The notes below the pieces were generated by a model that made no database searches, was not told where the DNA came from, and worked only from the letters and a program-made list of their open reading frames with translations. A stretch of 64,000 nucleotides of DNA from an uncultured Bacteroidia bacterium (lineage in GTDB: Bacteria > Bacteroidota > Bacteroidia > Bacteroidales > UBA932): assembly GCA_902762655.1 (NCBI GenBank), contig CACWOZ010000002.1, positions 94,743-158,742 of the forward strand, in the 5' to 3' direction. Positions 18,129 through 28,945 of the stretch are shown here, in pieces (the stretch's first letter is position 1; each line of letters begins with the position of its first letter). The translations under genes and the position numbers were made by a program.

Positions 18129-19814
18129 ATGAAAAAATATATGAATACAATTCTCCGTATGGCTGCCGTTGCGGCCGCAGCGCTGTCATTCGCATCTTGC
18201 GAGGGTTTCCTTACCAGAGATGCCGAGAATCAGACTACAGAGGAAGCATGGTGGTATAACAAGACCATCCTGAGTACCGTGGTGACGCAGTGCTATGCTC
18301 CGATGCCCGGTGGAACGCTTACTTCCGGAGCTATCGACGCATCTCTTTCCGACAACGGCTACCTGTATTACAATTGCAAAGTAGAGAACGAGGGCCTGAG
18401 CGACAACGGTGTCACTGTGGCCAACTACATCAATAACACCGCCATCACTTATGGTACGGCGCAGAGCACCCATGCTCACCCGACCAATGTGTGGACTCAG
18501 CGTTACAGGACTATCCGCCGCTGCAGCCGTTATCTTGAGAACTGGCACCGTGCGGTCATCTACCCCGATACCAACCCTTGGGAAGGTATACAGACGGTAG
18601 ACCGTTGGGAAGCGGAGATCAGGGCCCTGCGCGCATACTATCATCTGGAACTTTTCATGAACTTCGGACCTGTTCCCATCGTGGACCATGTTATCACGGT
18701 GGCTGAACAGGAGCTTTCGCGTCCTACCCAGGAAGAAATGGTGAAGTTTATCGCGGACGAGTTCGAACTCGCCAGCCAGAATCTGCCTGTGAACCCTCAG
18801 GTTGCCGAAGAACGCTGGCGTTGGACAAAAGGCGCCTGCTATGCATACCTTTCTTACCTTTATATGTTCGTCGGCGACTGGGCCAATGCCAAGAAATGGG
18901 CGGAAGAAGTAATCAAGTTGGGCAAGTACGACATCTATGAGAGCCCTTCGGACCCTGCCCACAGTTATGCTGAGCAGTTCCAGTACGATGCTTATACCAA
19001 TAATACCAAGGAATCCATCCTTACGAAGAACAGGGGATTGAGCCAGAGTGCCAACCGTCTTGCTCCTCCGAGTGTAAAGAACGGTACTTCCGGCGTCTCT
19101 CCTGCTGCATCTCTTATAGATGAATATGAACTTAAGGACGGCCGCACACTTGATGAACTCAGTGAGTCTGAAAGGCTCAAATATCATCTTAATCCTACTC
19201 CAGGGGACCGCGATCCCCGCCTGGCGATGACTATTGTATTCCCTGGTGAAAGTACTATGGGATACACATGGAATCCCTGGGTAAGCGGAAATACCGACTA
19301 TATCGGTTCCCGCAATTCCACGGCCACGGGATATTGGGTGAAGAAGTTCCTCTCTCCCAGTGATTTCACGCTTTCCAACACAACGGGCGGCACGAATCAC
19401 TTCATGCTGATGCGCTATTCTGTCGTGCTCTTGAATTATGTAGAGGCGGCGATCGAGCTGAACCAACTCAGCGACCCCAATATCTATGCATATCTTAACA
19501 AGATACGCCATCGTGCCGGCATGCCCGATGTGGATCAGGACAAGTACAATACTCAGGAGAAACTCCGGGAACTTGTACGCCGCGAACGCCGCGTCGAACT
19601 GGCATTTGAAGGCCACCGCATCATCGATATCCGCCGCTGGCATATTGCCGAACAGGTGATGAACGGACCGGTATACGGTGCCAAGTTGCCGGATGAGGAT
19701 GCACTTTACTTCGTGGAGGAACGCCGCTTCAACCCCGATAGGGATTATGTGTGGCCCATCCCCAATACCGAAGTGCAGAGTAACGACAATATTGAACAGA
19801 ATCCCGGTTATTAA
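18129..19814 (+). CDS. susD: RagB/SusD family lipoprotein
   Basis: Lipobox FASC; EIRALRAYYHLEL, DRDPRL, MRYSVVLLNYVEA, ERRVELAFEGHRIIDIRRW, IEQNPGY. Confidence 0.95.
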   Translation: MKKYMNTILRMAAVAAAALSFASCEGFLTRDAENQTTEEAWWYNKTILSTVVTQCYAPMPGGTLTSGAIDASLSDNGYLYYNCKVENEGLSDNGVTVANYINNTAITYGTAQSTHAHPTNVWTQRYRTIRRCSRYLENWHRAVIYPDTNPWEGIQTVDRWEAEIRALRAYYHLELFMNFGPVPIVDHVITVAEQELSRPTQEEMVKFIADEFELASQNLPVNPQVAEERWRWTKGACYAYLSYLYMFVGDWANAKKWAEEVIKLGKYDIYESPSDPAHSYAEQFQYDAYTNNTKESILTKNRGLSQSANRLAPPSVKNGTSGVSPAASLIDEYELKDGRTLDELSESERLKYHLNPTPGDRDPRLAMTIVFPGESTMGYTWNPWVSGNTDYIGSRNSTATGYWVKKFLSPSDFTLSNTTGGTNHFMLMRYSVVLLNYVEAAIELNQLSDPNIYAYLNKIRHRAGMPDVDQDKYNTQEKLRELVRRERRVELAFEGHRIIDIRRWHIAEQVMNGPVYGAKLPDEDALYFVEERRFNPDRDYVWPIPNTEVQSNDNIEQNPGY

Positions 19815-19826
19815 TTCGAACGCCCT

Positions 19827-21794
19827 ATGAAAGTATATAGATTCTTACCTTTTATTCTGGCAGCATTCCTGGGAGGATGCTATGTGCTGGACGTCCCGGA
19901 TCCCGAGACACCTGAATCTGTCGTCAGGCTTTCTCTTGACGATGATCCCTATGCCATGAAGGATCCTATCGGAATCGATTATGAGACTTCGCAGACCCTG
20001 ACGTTCACATATGATGATATCTCCCGTATCGTTGCGACTGCCCCTCAGGGCTGGACCGTGCTGGTGAAGATGTCCGGCGGAAACGGCACCCTTAAGATTT
20101 CCGCGCCCAAATATGGCGAAGAGTCGGTGCCGTCCGGCGATGTCGTACTCAAACTGTATGACGGAACAGGATCGTTTACAGAGAAGAAGTTTCCCGTTTA
20201 TGCGATAGAGGGCGCATTGGTGTTCGCTATCCAGGATTTTGACTTTTCTGCTGTTAGCGAGTTCACCCTTGGCAGCCGCACGACTGTGAAGTTCGATTGC
20301 TCACCCAGTTTCAAGAATATCGAATTCGACCTGCCTGCCGGTTGGAAGGCAATCGAAAAGACTCGCGGAACATTCACCATCATCGCTCCCGACCTTACAG
20401 TCGAGACCGGTGACGCAGAAGGGACCGTTACTGTCACCCCTGTTTCATGGACTGGCCAGAAGGGCACCGAACTCGCCAAAAGTTTTGCCGTGCATGTAGA
20501 TGCTACCAAACCTACATTCCAGTTCGTGGAGGAAGAGACTTCCTTTACCTACGGAGAAACCAAAGAGTTGGAGATCACCGCAAAGGGACTTAAAGACCTT
20601 GTTACTCCCGAGGCTCCCGCCGGCTGGACCATAGACTGGAGCGGAGTCCTCGATGGTACGGTCAAGGTGACTGCCCCTGCCAAGGATGCCGATGGATTCG
20701 TCGGAGTGGATACCCTTGTTCTCAATGCGGTTTCCAATACTGATAATTCTACTATCACAAGCAATTCCAGTATAATCCGCCTATACGGTATCAACAGTGC
20801 GAAGGAACTCCTCGATTTCCGTGCTGTTTACGAAGCGGAAGATATGAATGAGCCGAATACCGACGAGACCGCCCTTGCGAAGTGGCTTGTGGACGGTGCG
20901 CTCACCCTTAATTCCGACATCACCCTTACTACGGATATGCTCACCAACAAGGCATTCGTAATCAAGACCTTGAACGTCCCTCTGGAAGGCAACGGTCATA
21001 CTGTCACTCTCGACCTTGAATGCAATGCTACTGTGGCTGGAATTTTCCAGTATATCACCACCGAGGTGCGTAACCTCAAGTTGGCAGGTTCTGTCAAGAA
21101 CAGTTACTCCGGCGGTGTCAGTTATACTTCTACTCTGGTAAGCGTTCCCATGACCTGTACTATCGAGAATGTGGAGTGCGCTGCAGATGTTACTTATGAT
21201 GTAGGTCCTTCCACACTTGTCAAGTCTATCGTCGGTGGTATCGGTGGCTATCCCCGCGCCAACTACGCTCCTACTTTCAAAAACTGCAAATATACAGGAA
21301 CCATTACCTGCAACAATGATGCATTCTCCGTAGGTGGAATCGTAGGCTGCTCCGATGTCGGCAAACCCGGAGCCTTGACAACGGTCGAGGGATGTACTTT
21401 TGCCGGAGAGATAATCCTGAATCATCCGAATGCCGATGGAGGAATTACCAGCCGTGTCGGCGGTATGCTGGGTGACCTTGCCCGTCAGGCGGCTATCCTT
21501 GACTGCGTGAGTGAAGGCACAATAACCATCAATGCCAATGGTAAACGCTATGCATCTTCAAGCGGTTTCGGTTTCGGTGGCCTTGTCGGTCGAATTACAG
21601 CTCCTGCGTCTGGTTACACGATGTCAGCGACCATCAAGAATGCCAGGTTTACCGGTACCATCAAGATCAACGGTGCCGCCGGGAACGAAGACAAGACCCG
21701 CTATGGCCAGATTCTGGGCTGCAGCCCCAACGACAATGCAACCAACATCCTGATCAAGGAAAACTGGATTGAAGAAGGAACTCTAAGCCTCTAA
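19827..21794 (+). CDS. Modular surface lipoprotein: three PxGW...AP stalk repeats plus GLUG-like Gly-rich beta-helix region
   Basis: Lipobox LGGC; repeats APQGW, LPAGW, APAGW; RLYGINS module; C-terminal GGxxG repeats. Paralogous to the next genes. Confidence 0.7.
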   Translation: MKVYRFLPFILAAFLGGCYVLDVPDPETPESVVRLSLDDDPYAMKDPIGIDYETSQTLTFTYDDISRIVATAPQGWTVLVKMSGGNGTLKISAPKYGEESVPSGDVVLKLYDGTGSFTEKKFPVYAIEGALVFAIQDFDFSAVSEFTLGSRTTVKFDCSPSFKNIEFDLPAGWKAIEKTRGTFTIIAPDLTVETGDAEGTVTVTPVSWTGQKGTELAKSFAVHVDATKPTFQFVEEETSFTYGETKELEITAKGLKDLVTPEAPAGWTIDWSGVLDGTVKVTAPAKDADGFVGVDTLVLNAVSNTDNSTITSNSSIIRLYGINSAKELLDFRAVYEAEDMNEPNTDETALAKWLVDGALTLNSDITLTTDMLTNKAFVIKTLNVPLEGNGHTVTLDLECNATVAGIFQYITTEVRNLKLAGSVKNSYSGGVSYTSTLVSVPMTCTIENVECAADVTYDVGPSTLVKSIVGGIGGYPRANYAPTFKNCKYTGTITCNNDAFSVGGIVGCSDVGKPGALTTVEGCTFAGEIILNHPNADGGITSRVGGMLGDLARQAAILDCVSEGTITINANGKRYASSSGFGFGGLVGRITAPASGYTMSATIKNARFTGTIKINGAAGNEDKTRYGQILGCSPNDNATNILIKENWIEEGTLSL

Positions 21795-24700
21795 TGATTA
21801 TGAAAGTATACAAGTATATTATTCCCGCTTTGTGCTCCGCTCTTCTGATGACGGCTTGCGACAATAGGGAGCAGATGCCGGAACTCCGTACGGAAGGAGT
21901 GCGTGAATGCGTCTTCAGCGCAAGTTCCGAGCAGACAAGCAAGACTTATGTCGACGGTCTTTCCATTCTTTGGGAAGCCGGCGACGAGATAGCCGTGTTC
22001 GACGATGCCGGATCCGAAAAAGCGGTCCTGGCCCTTGAGAACGGCGCCGGCACCAAGTCTGCTATATTCAAAGGCGCGGTCTCTTCGGCCGCAACCAAAT
22101 TTTTTGCCGCATATCCTGCTGCATCAGTCAGCGCAGCAAGTGACAGCATTCTGACAGTCGCCGTACCTGCAGAGCAGAAACTCGTTGCAGGAGGCCGCAA
22201 TCTGGACCCTGCCGCACTCGTGGGCGTAGCCGCTGCAGCCGGGAACGAACTCTCTTTCAAGAACGTTATTTCTGCCATCCGCTTTACCGTGGATATGAAA
22301 AATATCGTGTCCGTTTCCCTCAAGGGTAATGCCGGAGAGAAGGTGGCAGGTACAGTCAAAGTAGATGCAACCAACGGTGAAATCGTCGAGGTAACAGATT
22401 CTCTTACCGAGGTGATCCTCACTCCTGCAGGAGAGACCTTCGAACCCGGGCAGTATGTGTTTACTTTGCTGCCTGCACAGTTCCAGCAGGGTTTGACTCT
22501 GACCTTCACCGACAAGGCCGGGAACATCACAGAGCGCAAGAATGCTACGGATCTCACTATTGCGCGCAGTCGCCTGCTGGATCTCGGCGCATTCATCAAA
22601 TTGTATGATTCCGAGCTTTCCTTCAAGCCGGGTGAGTCCAAGGATATCAGGGTGATGAGCCAGGGCGTTTCCGGGCTTTCCGTGGAGAATGTTCCTGCGG
22701 GCTGGACGGTGGATGCCTCGGCACTTGCTGACGGACTTCTCAAGATTACCGCACCTGCTGCCGGTGCAGCTGTACCTGCCGGTGCTTTCAACCTCAAGGG
22801 TAAATCTGCTGCAGACAACGATGTGGTAAGTGACGATATTACCATACGTCTGTACGGCATCAACAGCAAGCAAGAATTCCTTGATTTCCGTTCCTTGTAT
22901 CAGGGAGATGATGCCTCCGACAATGATAGGCTCAACAATCCGGTCGTGGATCCCGCAGTCATTGGCAAATATCTTGTCGACGGTGCTGTCGGCCTGAATG
23001 CGGACCTTTCTTTCAACACGGACGATATGCTACTCAAGGCATACATCATCAAATATTGGAATCTGCCTCTGGAAGGTAACGGGCACACCATTACCGTAGA
23101 TTTCGAAGGTAATGTTTCCCTATGCGCCCTGTTCCAGTATATTGGCGCGGATGTCCGCAATCTTACCATCGCGGGTTCTGCCAGTGTGGATTATACGGGG
23201 GAAGCGAGGCTTGCATCCCTTGCTGCAACAGCCTCCAACACTGAATTCGAACTCAAGAATGTCAGCAGTTCGGTGGCACTTTCATCCGTAAACAAGGTCT
23301 CCGAACTTGGCGGACTCATCGCATACGTTAACCAGGGTACCGTGACGATCGACGGGTGCTCCTTCACCGGATCAGTCGACTATGCTCCGGAGGCAGTTGC
23401 CGCTGCACCGGCATTCGGCGGACTTGTGGGACGCGTAAACACTACACTGACTGTAAAGAACTCAAGTGTCGGCGCTCCATTTGACATCGCACTTGACAAC
23501 CGCAAACTCTGCGGCGCAGCCAATAGCGGTGTCGGTGGAATCATCGGCGTAACCAATGCAGAAAAGACCGTCAGCCTTAATAACGTCACCAACAAAGCCG
23601 TCATCAAGGTGACGGGAGTAAATACCGGAGAGGATCGCTCGCATTTCGCCCAGATAGTCGGTAATAACCTGGCCGGAGCAGATCTTTCGGGCTGCACCGA
23701 AGAAGGCTCTATCACCTTCGAAGATTATGTTGGACCTGCCGTCGTGTTCGCGAAGACCGAACAGGCATCGTTCAAGTATGGCGACAGCGCCAAGTACGAC
23801 TTTGCCGTCGAGAACCTGAACGGAGCCACCCTTGTTTCCGCTAGTGTTTCCGAGGCTCCCAAGGGATGGACAATCGACCTTGCCCATGCAACTGAGGCGG
23901 AGCCTTATATCACGGTGACCGCTCCTTCCCAGGACGACATCAAGGCCGGAACCGCTGCAGGCGCTGGTGAAATCGTTATAGTGGTCAAGACCACCCGTAA
24001 CGAGGAAGGCACCAACGTGGTGAAACCTGCCGTGCGTCTGTATGGTATCAACAACAAGGCAGAATTCCTAGCTTTCAGAAACAAGTATGATCCGCAAGGA
24101 AGTGGTACTGGCCAAAACTCACCGACTCTTACAGGCCTCGATGAATGGTTGGTCAACGGAGAGATTACTCTTAATAGTGACCTTTCGTTTACGAAAGGGG
24201 ACCTTTACAGGTACTATATAGTAAAATTCCTTGACTTACCCCTTGAAGGCAATAACAGGACTATTACTTATGATATAGAATCTGAGGACGTAATGCTTGC
24301 TTTCTGTCAGGGATTGCATGCCGATGTTAAGAACTTATATTTCGATGGTACCTTGACTGCTTCCGGCAAATCAGCAGAAGTCTGTGTGCTTGCAGCTCGC
24401 GGTATCAACACAAATAAAAACAGCCGCAAGGCGACAGAGGTTAACATTATCAATGTACATGTAAAGAGTACGGCATACGTAATCTATAATGGTCCTGCAT
24501 CTTCATCCGCCACGGTTGCTGGGTTTGTCGGGAGAAACACAGAGCAAAGTAGTACCCTTTCTTTCCGCAACTGTTCCTTCGAAGGAACCATCCGCACTAC
24601 AGGTGGCGCCCCGAATTCCATCGGTGGTTTCTGCGCCATTGACGGAACAGCCAAAGGTATCCGCAACGAGTTCTACGGATGCTCCTTTACAGGAACGTTG

Positions 24701-25129
24701 GACTTCAGCCAAAATGCAAATAAAACAGGAAACAAGAGGATTGGTGCGTTTGTAGGCGACGGAGCTCGCATTGAATACTTCGAAGACTGCGTGAACAGCG
24801 GAATCATGAAAGCCGATATGGGAGGATTTGTGTTCAATAATGAAGCAAGCAATCTTGTGTCTGGTTTCGGAGGCTTCATTGGAAGAACCTACCTGAGTAC
24901 TGGAGAATCTTACGGAGATACTTCCTATGAGTTCAAGAATTGCACCTTCTCTGGTTCAATCTCTGCGGTGAACATGCTTGCTGCAGAAATAGAACATGGG
25001 TGGTTTGCTGGTGGTTACGAACCCGCCAACACTTTGGGCAAGTTCGTCGGAAACAGTTCTCCAAAGGCTCCAACAGGCCTCGAAACCTGCACCGAGGGGG
25101 GCAGTCTCACCTATTCTTTTGCCGAATAA
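21794..25129 (+). CDS. Fimbrillin-family lipoprotein with two RLYGIN/GLUG-like modules
   Basis: Lipobox MTAC; SKTYVDGLSILWEAGDEIAVFD fimbrillin N-terminus; RLYGINS at 22847 and RLYGINN at 24035. Confidence 0.72.
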   Translation: MIMKVYKYIIPALCSALLMTACDNREQMPELRTEGVRECVFSASSEQTSKTYVDGLSILWEAGDEIAVFDDAGSEKAVLALENGAGTKSAIFKGAVSSAATKFFAAYPAASVSAASDSILTVAVPAEQKLVAGGRNLDPAALVGVAAAAGNELSFKNVISAIRFTVDMKNIVSVSLKGNAGEKVAGTVKVDATNGEIVEVTDSLTEVILTPAGETFEPGQYVFTLLPAQFQQGLTLTFTDKAGNITERKNATDLTIARSRLLDLGAFIKLYDSELSFKPGESKDIRVMSQGVSGLSVENVPAGWTVDASALADGLLKITAPAAGAAVPAGAFNLKGKSAADNDVVSDDITIRLYGINSKQEFLDFRSLYQGDDASDNDRLNNPVVDPAVIGKYLVDGAVGLNADLSFNTDDMLLKAYIIKYWNLPLEGNGHTITVDFEGNVSLCALFQYIGADVRNLTIAGSASVDYTGEARLASLAATASNTEFELKNVSSSVALSSVNKVSELGGLIAYVNQGTVTIDGCSFTGSVDYAPEAVAAAPAFGGLVGRVNTTLTVKNSSVGAPFDIALDNRKLCGAANSGVGGIIGVTNAEKTVSLNNVTNKAVIKVTGVNTGEDRSHFAQIVGNNLAGADLSGCTEEGSITFEDYVGPAVVFAKTEQASFKYGDSAKYDFAVENLNGATLVSASVSEAPKGWTIDLAHATEAEPYITVTAPSQDDIKAGTAAGAGEIVIVVKTTRNEEGTNVVKPAVRLYGINNKAEFLAFRNKYDPQGSGTGQNSPTLTGLDEWLVNGEITLNSDLSFTKGDLYRYYIVKFLDLPLEGNNRTITYDIESEDVMLAFCQGLHADVKNLYFDGTLTASGKSAEVCVLAARGINTNKNSRKATEVNIINVHVKSTAYVIYNGPASSSATVAGFVGRNTEQSSTLSFRNCSFEGTIRTTGGAPNSIGGFCAIDGTAKGIRNEFYGCSFTGTLDFSQNANKTGNKRIGAFVGDGARIEYFEDCVNSGIMKADMGGFVFNNEASNLVSGFGGFIGRTYLSTGESYGDTSYEFKNCTFSGSISAVNMLAAEIEHGWFAGGYEPANTLGKFVGNSSPKAPTGLETCTEGGSLTYSFAE

Positions 25130-25141
25130 AACAAAGAGATT

Positions 25142-26029
25142 ATGAAAAAGACATTCCTCTATATAATCTGGGCCCTGGCCCTTGTGGTAATGGCTTCCGG
25201 GTGTGAAGGAACCCCGGCAGATGACAACGGTGGTTCAACCGGAGGCGAAACCCCTTCCGAGTACTGGTGGCATTTCAGCGTGAAGAACGCTGATGCCGCC
25301 CAGGCTCTGGGAGTGTTCGTACGCGACTTCGACGGTGGCATCACCAATGGCGAATTCCATCTGGATGCTACAACCGGTGCAAGTTTCGAAATCAAGACAG
25401 ATTTTCCTCTCACTACAGGAGGAAAGATCTATGCCTACGCGCCTTACAACGCGGACAGCAAGGATCATAAGGCAATCAAGATGAGCATTCCGGAAGAGCA
25501 GACCGCGGGTGAGGCGGTAATGCCTCGCGCTTCCGTTCCTCTGGTGCTCGCCGATCCCAAGCCGGATTCTACCATAACTATCCAGATGCTGGACCTTGCT
25601 TCGACCATCTCCCTCAAGGTATACTCCACCAAGGACACGGGAGAGAAGATTACCTCGGTTTCCTTTACGTCCGAGACTCCTCTGGCAGGTGCTTTCTCCT
25701 TCAACATCAAGGGGATAGACGCAAATCAGGAGTCAACCCTTGCCATTGGCGGATATGAAGCCAAGACCGTCAAGGTATCAACAGACATCTCTGTCGGTAC
25801 AGATGCCGATGCCGCACAGGCTATACCTGTTGTGGTGGCTCCCGGCTCATACACAGGCATCATTACCGTGGTTACCGACAAGGACCAGTACGGTATCGTA
25901 GTGGAAGATCCAATCGTGCTTGCACGCGCTGCCGTCGTTCCTCTCATCGTGCGCATCGCTCCCAGGATATCCCAGGATGAAGGTGGTTCTACCGAGGACT
26001 TCACCGGCGGAGAACTGGTAACTGAATAA
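25142..26029 (+). CDS. Short fimbrillin-like lipoprotein
   Basis: Lipobox ASGC; KIYAYAPY, IPEEQ, ITSVSFTSETPLAG, VVAPGSYTG; acidic tail GGSTEDFTGGELVTE. Confidence 0.65.
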   Translation: MKKTFLYIIWALALVVMASGCEGTPADDNGGSTGGETPSEYWWHFSVKNADAAQALGVFVRDFDGGITNGEFHLDATTGASFEIKTDFPLTTGGKIYAYAPYNADSKDHKAIKMSIPEEQTAGEAVMPRASVPLVLADPKPDSTITIQMLDLASTISLKVYSTKDTGEKITSVSFTSETPLAGAFSFNIKGIDANQESTLAIGGYEAKTVKVSTDISVGTDADAAQAIPVVVAPGSYTGIITVVTDKDQYGIVVEDPIVLARAAVVPLIVRIAPRISQDEGGSTEDFTGGELVTE

Positions 26030-26031
26030 AC

Positions 26032-28773
26032 ATGAGGGCTTATGTTAAAATTCTGCTAATGCTTCAGGCTGCCGTTTTTTTTACGGCGGCCTGCAGCAAA
26101 AGCAATGAACAGGAATTTGCAGACAATAGGGGTTCACTCGAAAAAATATTCCGGGCGAGCATTCCGTTTACAAAGGTTCTTGTGGATGCGAGCCAGCGCG
26201 CCATCTGGGAAGCCGGCGATGATATATCTGTCGAAGGCGCCCACTTCACTCTTGAAAGTCCTGGCGCCGCAAGCGCAGTTTTCAAGGGAACCGTGGCTGA
26301 GGATAAGGACAACTACCTTGCCATGCTTCCTTGGACGGATGCTTATGTATTCGGCGACAAGACTGTCTCAGGGACTCTCCCTTACAGGCAGATTGCCAAT
26401 GAAGGCGGTTGCGCCTGGCCTCTTGCTTACGGATGGTCGGAAGGATCAACCATCGCATTCCATCATTTGACCAACGTCCTCCAACTGACGCTTGGTGCGG
26501 ATATGACAAATGTCAGAGAGATTGTGCTGCGCGGCAATGAAGGAGAAATCCTGGCTGGAGACTATTCTCTCACAATTACCCCGCGGGGGGGGGTAAGTAC
26601 TTATTACAGAGGAACTTATGCTTATAGTTCGGTAGCCCTTACCGGCACTCTCGAAGCAAACAAGACCTATTGCTTCAATGTTCTTGGGCTGGGAACAAAT
26701 TTCTTATCCGGTCTTACTCTCGAATTCCTTTTCGAGGACGGCACTTCTGCTTCCATTACCAAATCCGACCCCATTACCCTGAACAGGGGAGAATGGGTCA
26801 ATCTTTCCAATGGAATAACAAAAGCATCCCTTACTCCTATGAGCAGGGGGATTGCTTCGGCATCTGATTGGGCGGAATTCAAGGATGCGTATGAAACGCT
26901 GGGAAGTTTGGACAACTGGACCTGGAATGGAGAGATTCTGCTGAAAGCCGATATAACTCTGGAAGAGTGTCACTCCTTGAGTGCCCTGGATATTCCCCTT
27001 AACGGTAATGGGCATACCATCACTTACACTGGTCCCACCTCTTTTATAGGCACCCTGTCTGCCGATGTTCACGACCTTACTCTTGCCGGCAGTATAGATT
27101 TCGCCGGGAATGGTCCTGTAGGTGCGCTGGCCTCCATTGTCTCTACCGGCGTAACGATTTCCAATGTGAACAGCAGCGTCGATATAACGGCAGGTGCTTT
27201 GGGACAGACACATACCTTAATGATAGGAGGCCTTGCAGGCACCATATCCGGCAATTCCGGCACTGTATCTTTCGACAACTGTGCCGTAACGGGGACGCTT
27301 TCATCCCTCAACTATGCTCATTCTGTGGGCGGAATCCTCGCGCACGGTGGTGGCGGAAGCGCTCCGGAGTCTGTGTTTGACGCTTGTACCTTCAATGGAA
27401 GCATCTCTTATGCGCAGGGCTCCTGCCCATTCGGTTTTTCCGATGGTGATAGCTTTAATAAGGAACTCGCTGCCGGCCGTGTAGGAGGCATTATCGGCGA
27501 TGCATCCCGTGTGAGCGTCCTTCGCGACTGCTCCACAGACAATGCATGCACAATGGATTTACGCCTTCACGGGATGACTCTTGGTAACGGTGGTGTAGGA
27601 GGTCTGGTCGGCCGTACGACTGCTGATGCCGCTGGGTATACAATGTCCGTCACCCTTGAAGGGTCTAATACCAACAATGCTGTGATTACAGTGCACGATG
27701 CCCGAGCCGACCAGCACGACCGTTTCGGCCAGGTGGTAGGTTCTGTTGTGAAATCCCCTGTCGGCAGCGGAACGGAGAGCGGAAGTCTGAACTTTGTAGA
27801 CACCCCGGCTCCTTCGACTGCCACTACAGGGCATTTCCGCCTTTGCCAGGTGGCGCCGCGTCATACGGTATTGATTAAAGATATTAAATATTCTCTCGAC
27901 GGCACACGCAGTTCCGCTACCCAACACTACATGTCTTATTTGATTGTCACCACCAACAACAAGGTGATTGTGGTTGACGGAGGCTGGGCGGGAGATGCTC
28001 CATATCTTAAATCCCTTATCAACAGTTTCGGCGGCCATGTGGACGCCTGGTTCATTTCACACCCTCATCAGGATCATATCGAGGCTCTGTCGAAGATACT
28101 TGCCGAACCGGAAGGTATTACCATCGGGACTATCTATCATAGCAAAGCCTCTCCTGCTCGTTACGATTCTTCTGATCCTGAAGATGTGGTCACGATACTA
28201 TATTCCCGTATGGCGGCTTTCGGATGCGAGATAGTGGACATCCGTGAACCCGGAGGTCGTTATGACATCGACGGCGTCGGAATAAAAGTGTTGAGCGTTT
28301 CTGACGAGGTATTGAATCCATCCAACCTTAATGACTCCTCCCTTGCCCTAAGGATATGGGACGAAAACAAGAGCGTTGTGCTGCTTGGTGACTGCATGGT
28401 CGCCGAGGGCCGTAAATTACTCGCCACCTGTTCTATAGATGATCTGAACTGTGACTTTCTTCAGTTGGGCCATCACGGCAACAAAAGCCTTGAACAGGCA
28501 TTCTATGATGCCATTTCGTTCCGTTATGCCCTTGTGCCAACTGCCGACTGGATATGGTATGCGGACTTGTACTACGCTCAAATGCCAGATAATCTTGATG
28601 GTGGCGCTACACGTCGCTGGATAGAAGCCAGGAGGCCTGTGGTCCCGGCACTTACGAGTTATGATAATGGGGATGTGTGGATAGATGAATACGGAAAGAT
28701 TACTCCTTCTGCCGGTTTTTCCGGAAGCACTATCGACGGATTCGGCTCAGGTGATATAGACTATTTTAATTAA
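26032..28773 (+). CDS. Fimbrillin-like lipoprotein with beta-helix region and C-terminal ComEC/Pce-like MBL domain
   Basis: Lipobox TAAC; FTKV...IWEAGDDISV; from about 27826 an MBL domain (VIVVDGG, SHPHQDH, LLGD, QLGHHG) paralogous to 14157..15110. Confidence 0.8.
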   Translation: MRAYVKILLMLQAAVFFTAACSKSNEQEFADNRGSLEKIFRASIPFTKVLVDASQRAIWEAGDDISVEGAHFTLESPGAASAVFKGTVAEDKDNYLAMLPWTDAYVFGDKTVSGTLPYRQIANEGGCAWPLAYGWSEGSTIAFHHLTNVLQLTLGADMTNVREIVLRGNEGEILAGDYSLTITPRGGVSTYYRGTYAYSSVALTGTLEANKTYCFNVLGLGTNFLSGLTLEFLFEDGTSASITKSDPITLNRGEWVNLSNGITKASLTPMSRGIASASDWAEFKDAYETLGSLDNWTWNGEILLKADITLEECHSLSALDIPLNGNGHTITYTGPTSFIGTLSADVHDLTLAGSIDFAGNGPVGALASIVSTGVTISNVNSSVDITAGALGQTHTLMIGGLAGTISGNSGTVSFDNCAVTGTLSSLNYAHSVGGILAHGGGGSAPESVFDACTFNGSISYAQGSCPFGFSDGDSFNKELAAGRVGGIIGDASRVSVLRDCSTDNACTMDLRLHGMTLGNGGVGGLVGRTTADAAGYTMSVTLEGSNTNNAVITVHDARADQHDRFGQVVGSVVKSPVGSGTESGSLNFVDTPAPSTATTGHFRLCQVAPRHTVLIKDIKYSLDGTRSSATQHYMSYLIVTTNNKVIVVDGGWAGDAPYLKSLINSFGGHVDAWFISHPHQDHIEALSKILAEPEGITIGTIYHSKASPARYDSSDPEDVVTILYSRMAAFGCEIVDIREPGGRYDIDGVGIKVLSVSDEVLNPSNLNDSSLALRIWDENKSVVLLGDCMVAEGRKLLATCSIDDLNCDFLQLGHHGNKSLEQAFYDAISFRYALVPTADWIWYADLYYAQMPDNLDGGATRRWIEARRPVVPALTSYDNGDVWIDEYGKITPSAGFSGSTIDGFGSGDIDYFN

Positions 28774-28786
28774 CAACATTATACTT

Positions 28787-28942
28787 ATGACAAAACAAAA
28801 CAAATTGGGCTATTCAAGTCCTGAATGCCGGGAGGTAAGCATCTCCCCGCAGGCACAGTTGCTCCAGGTCATCAGCAATCCTGCTGTTACCTTGGATGCG
28901 TTCGGTATTTATGATGACACAACAGATCCTTATTTCGGTTGA
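28787..28942 (+). CDS. Small protein (51 aa) MTKQNKLGYSSPECREVSISPQAQLLQVISNPAVTLDAFGIYDDTTDPYFG, absent from the ORF track
   Basis: Fills the intergenic gap, has an AT-rich leader, and ends 3 nt before the next ATG; YxxP...LL...S pattern. Confidence 0.65.
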   Translation: MTKQNKLGYSSPECREVSISPQAQLLQVISNPAVTLDAFGIYDDTTDPYFG

Positions 28943-28945
28943 TTT

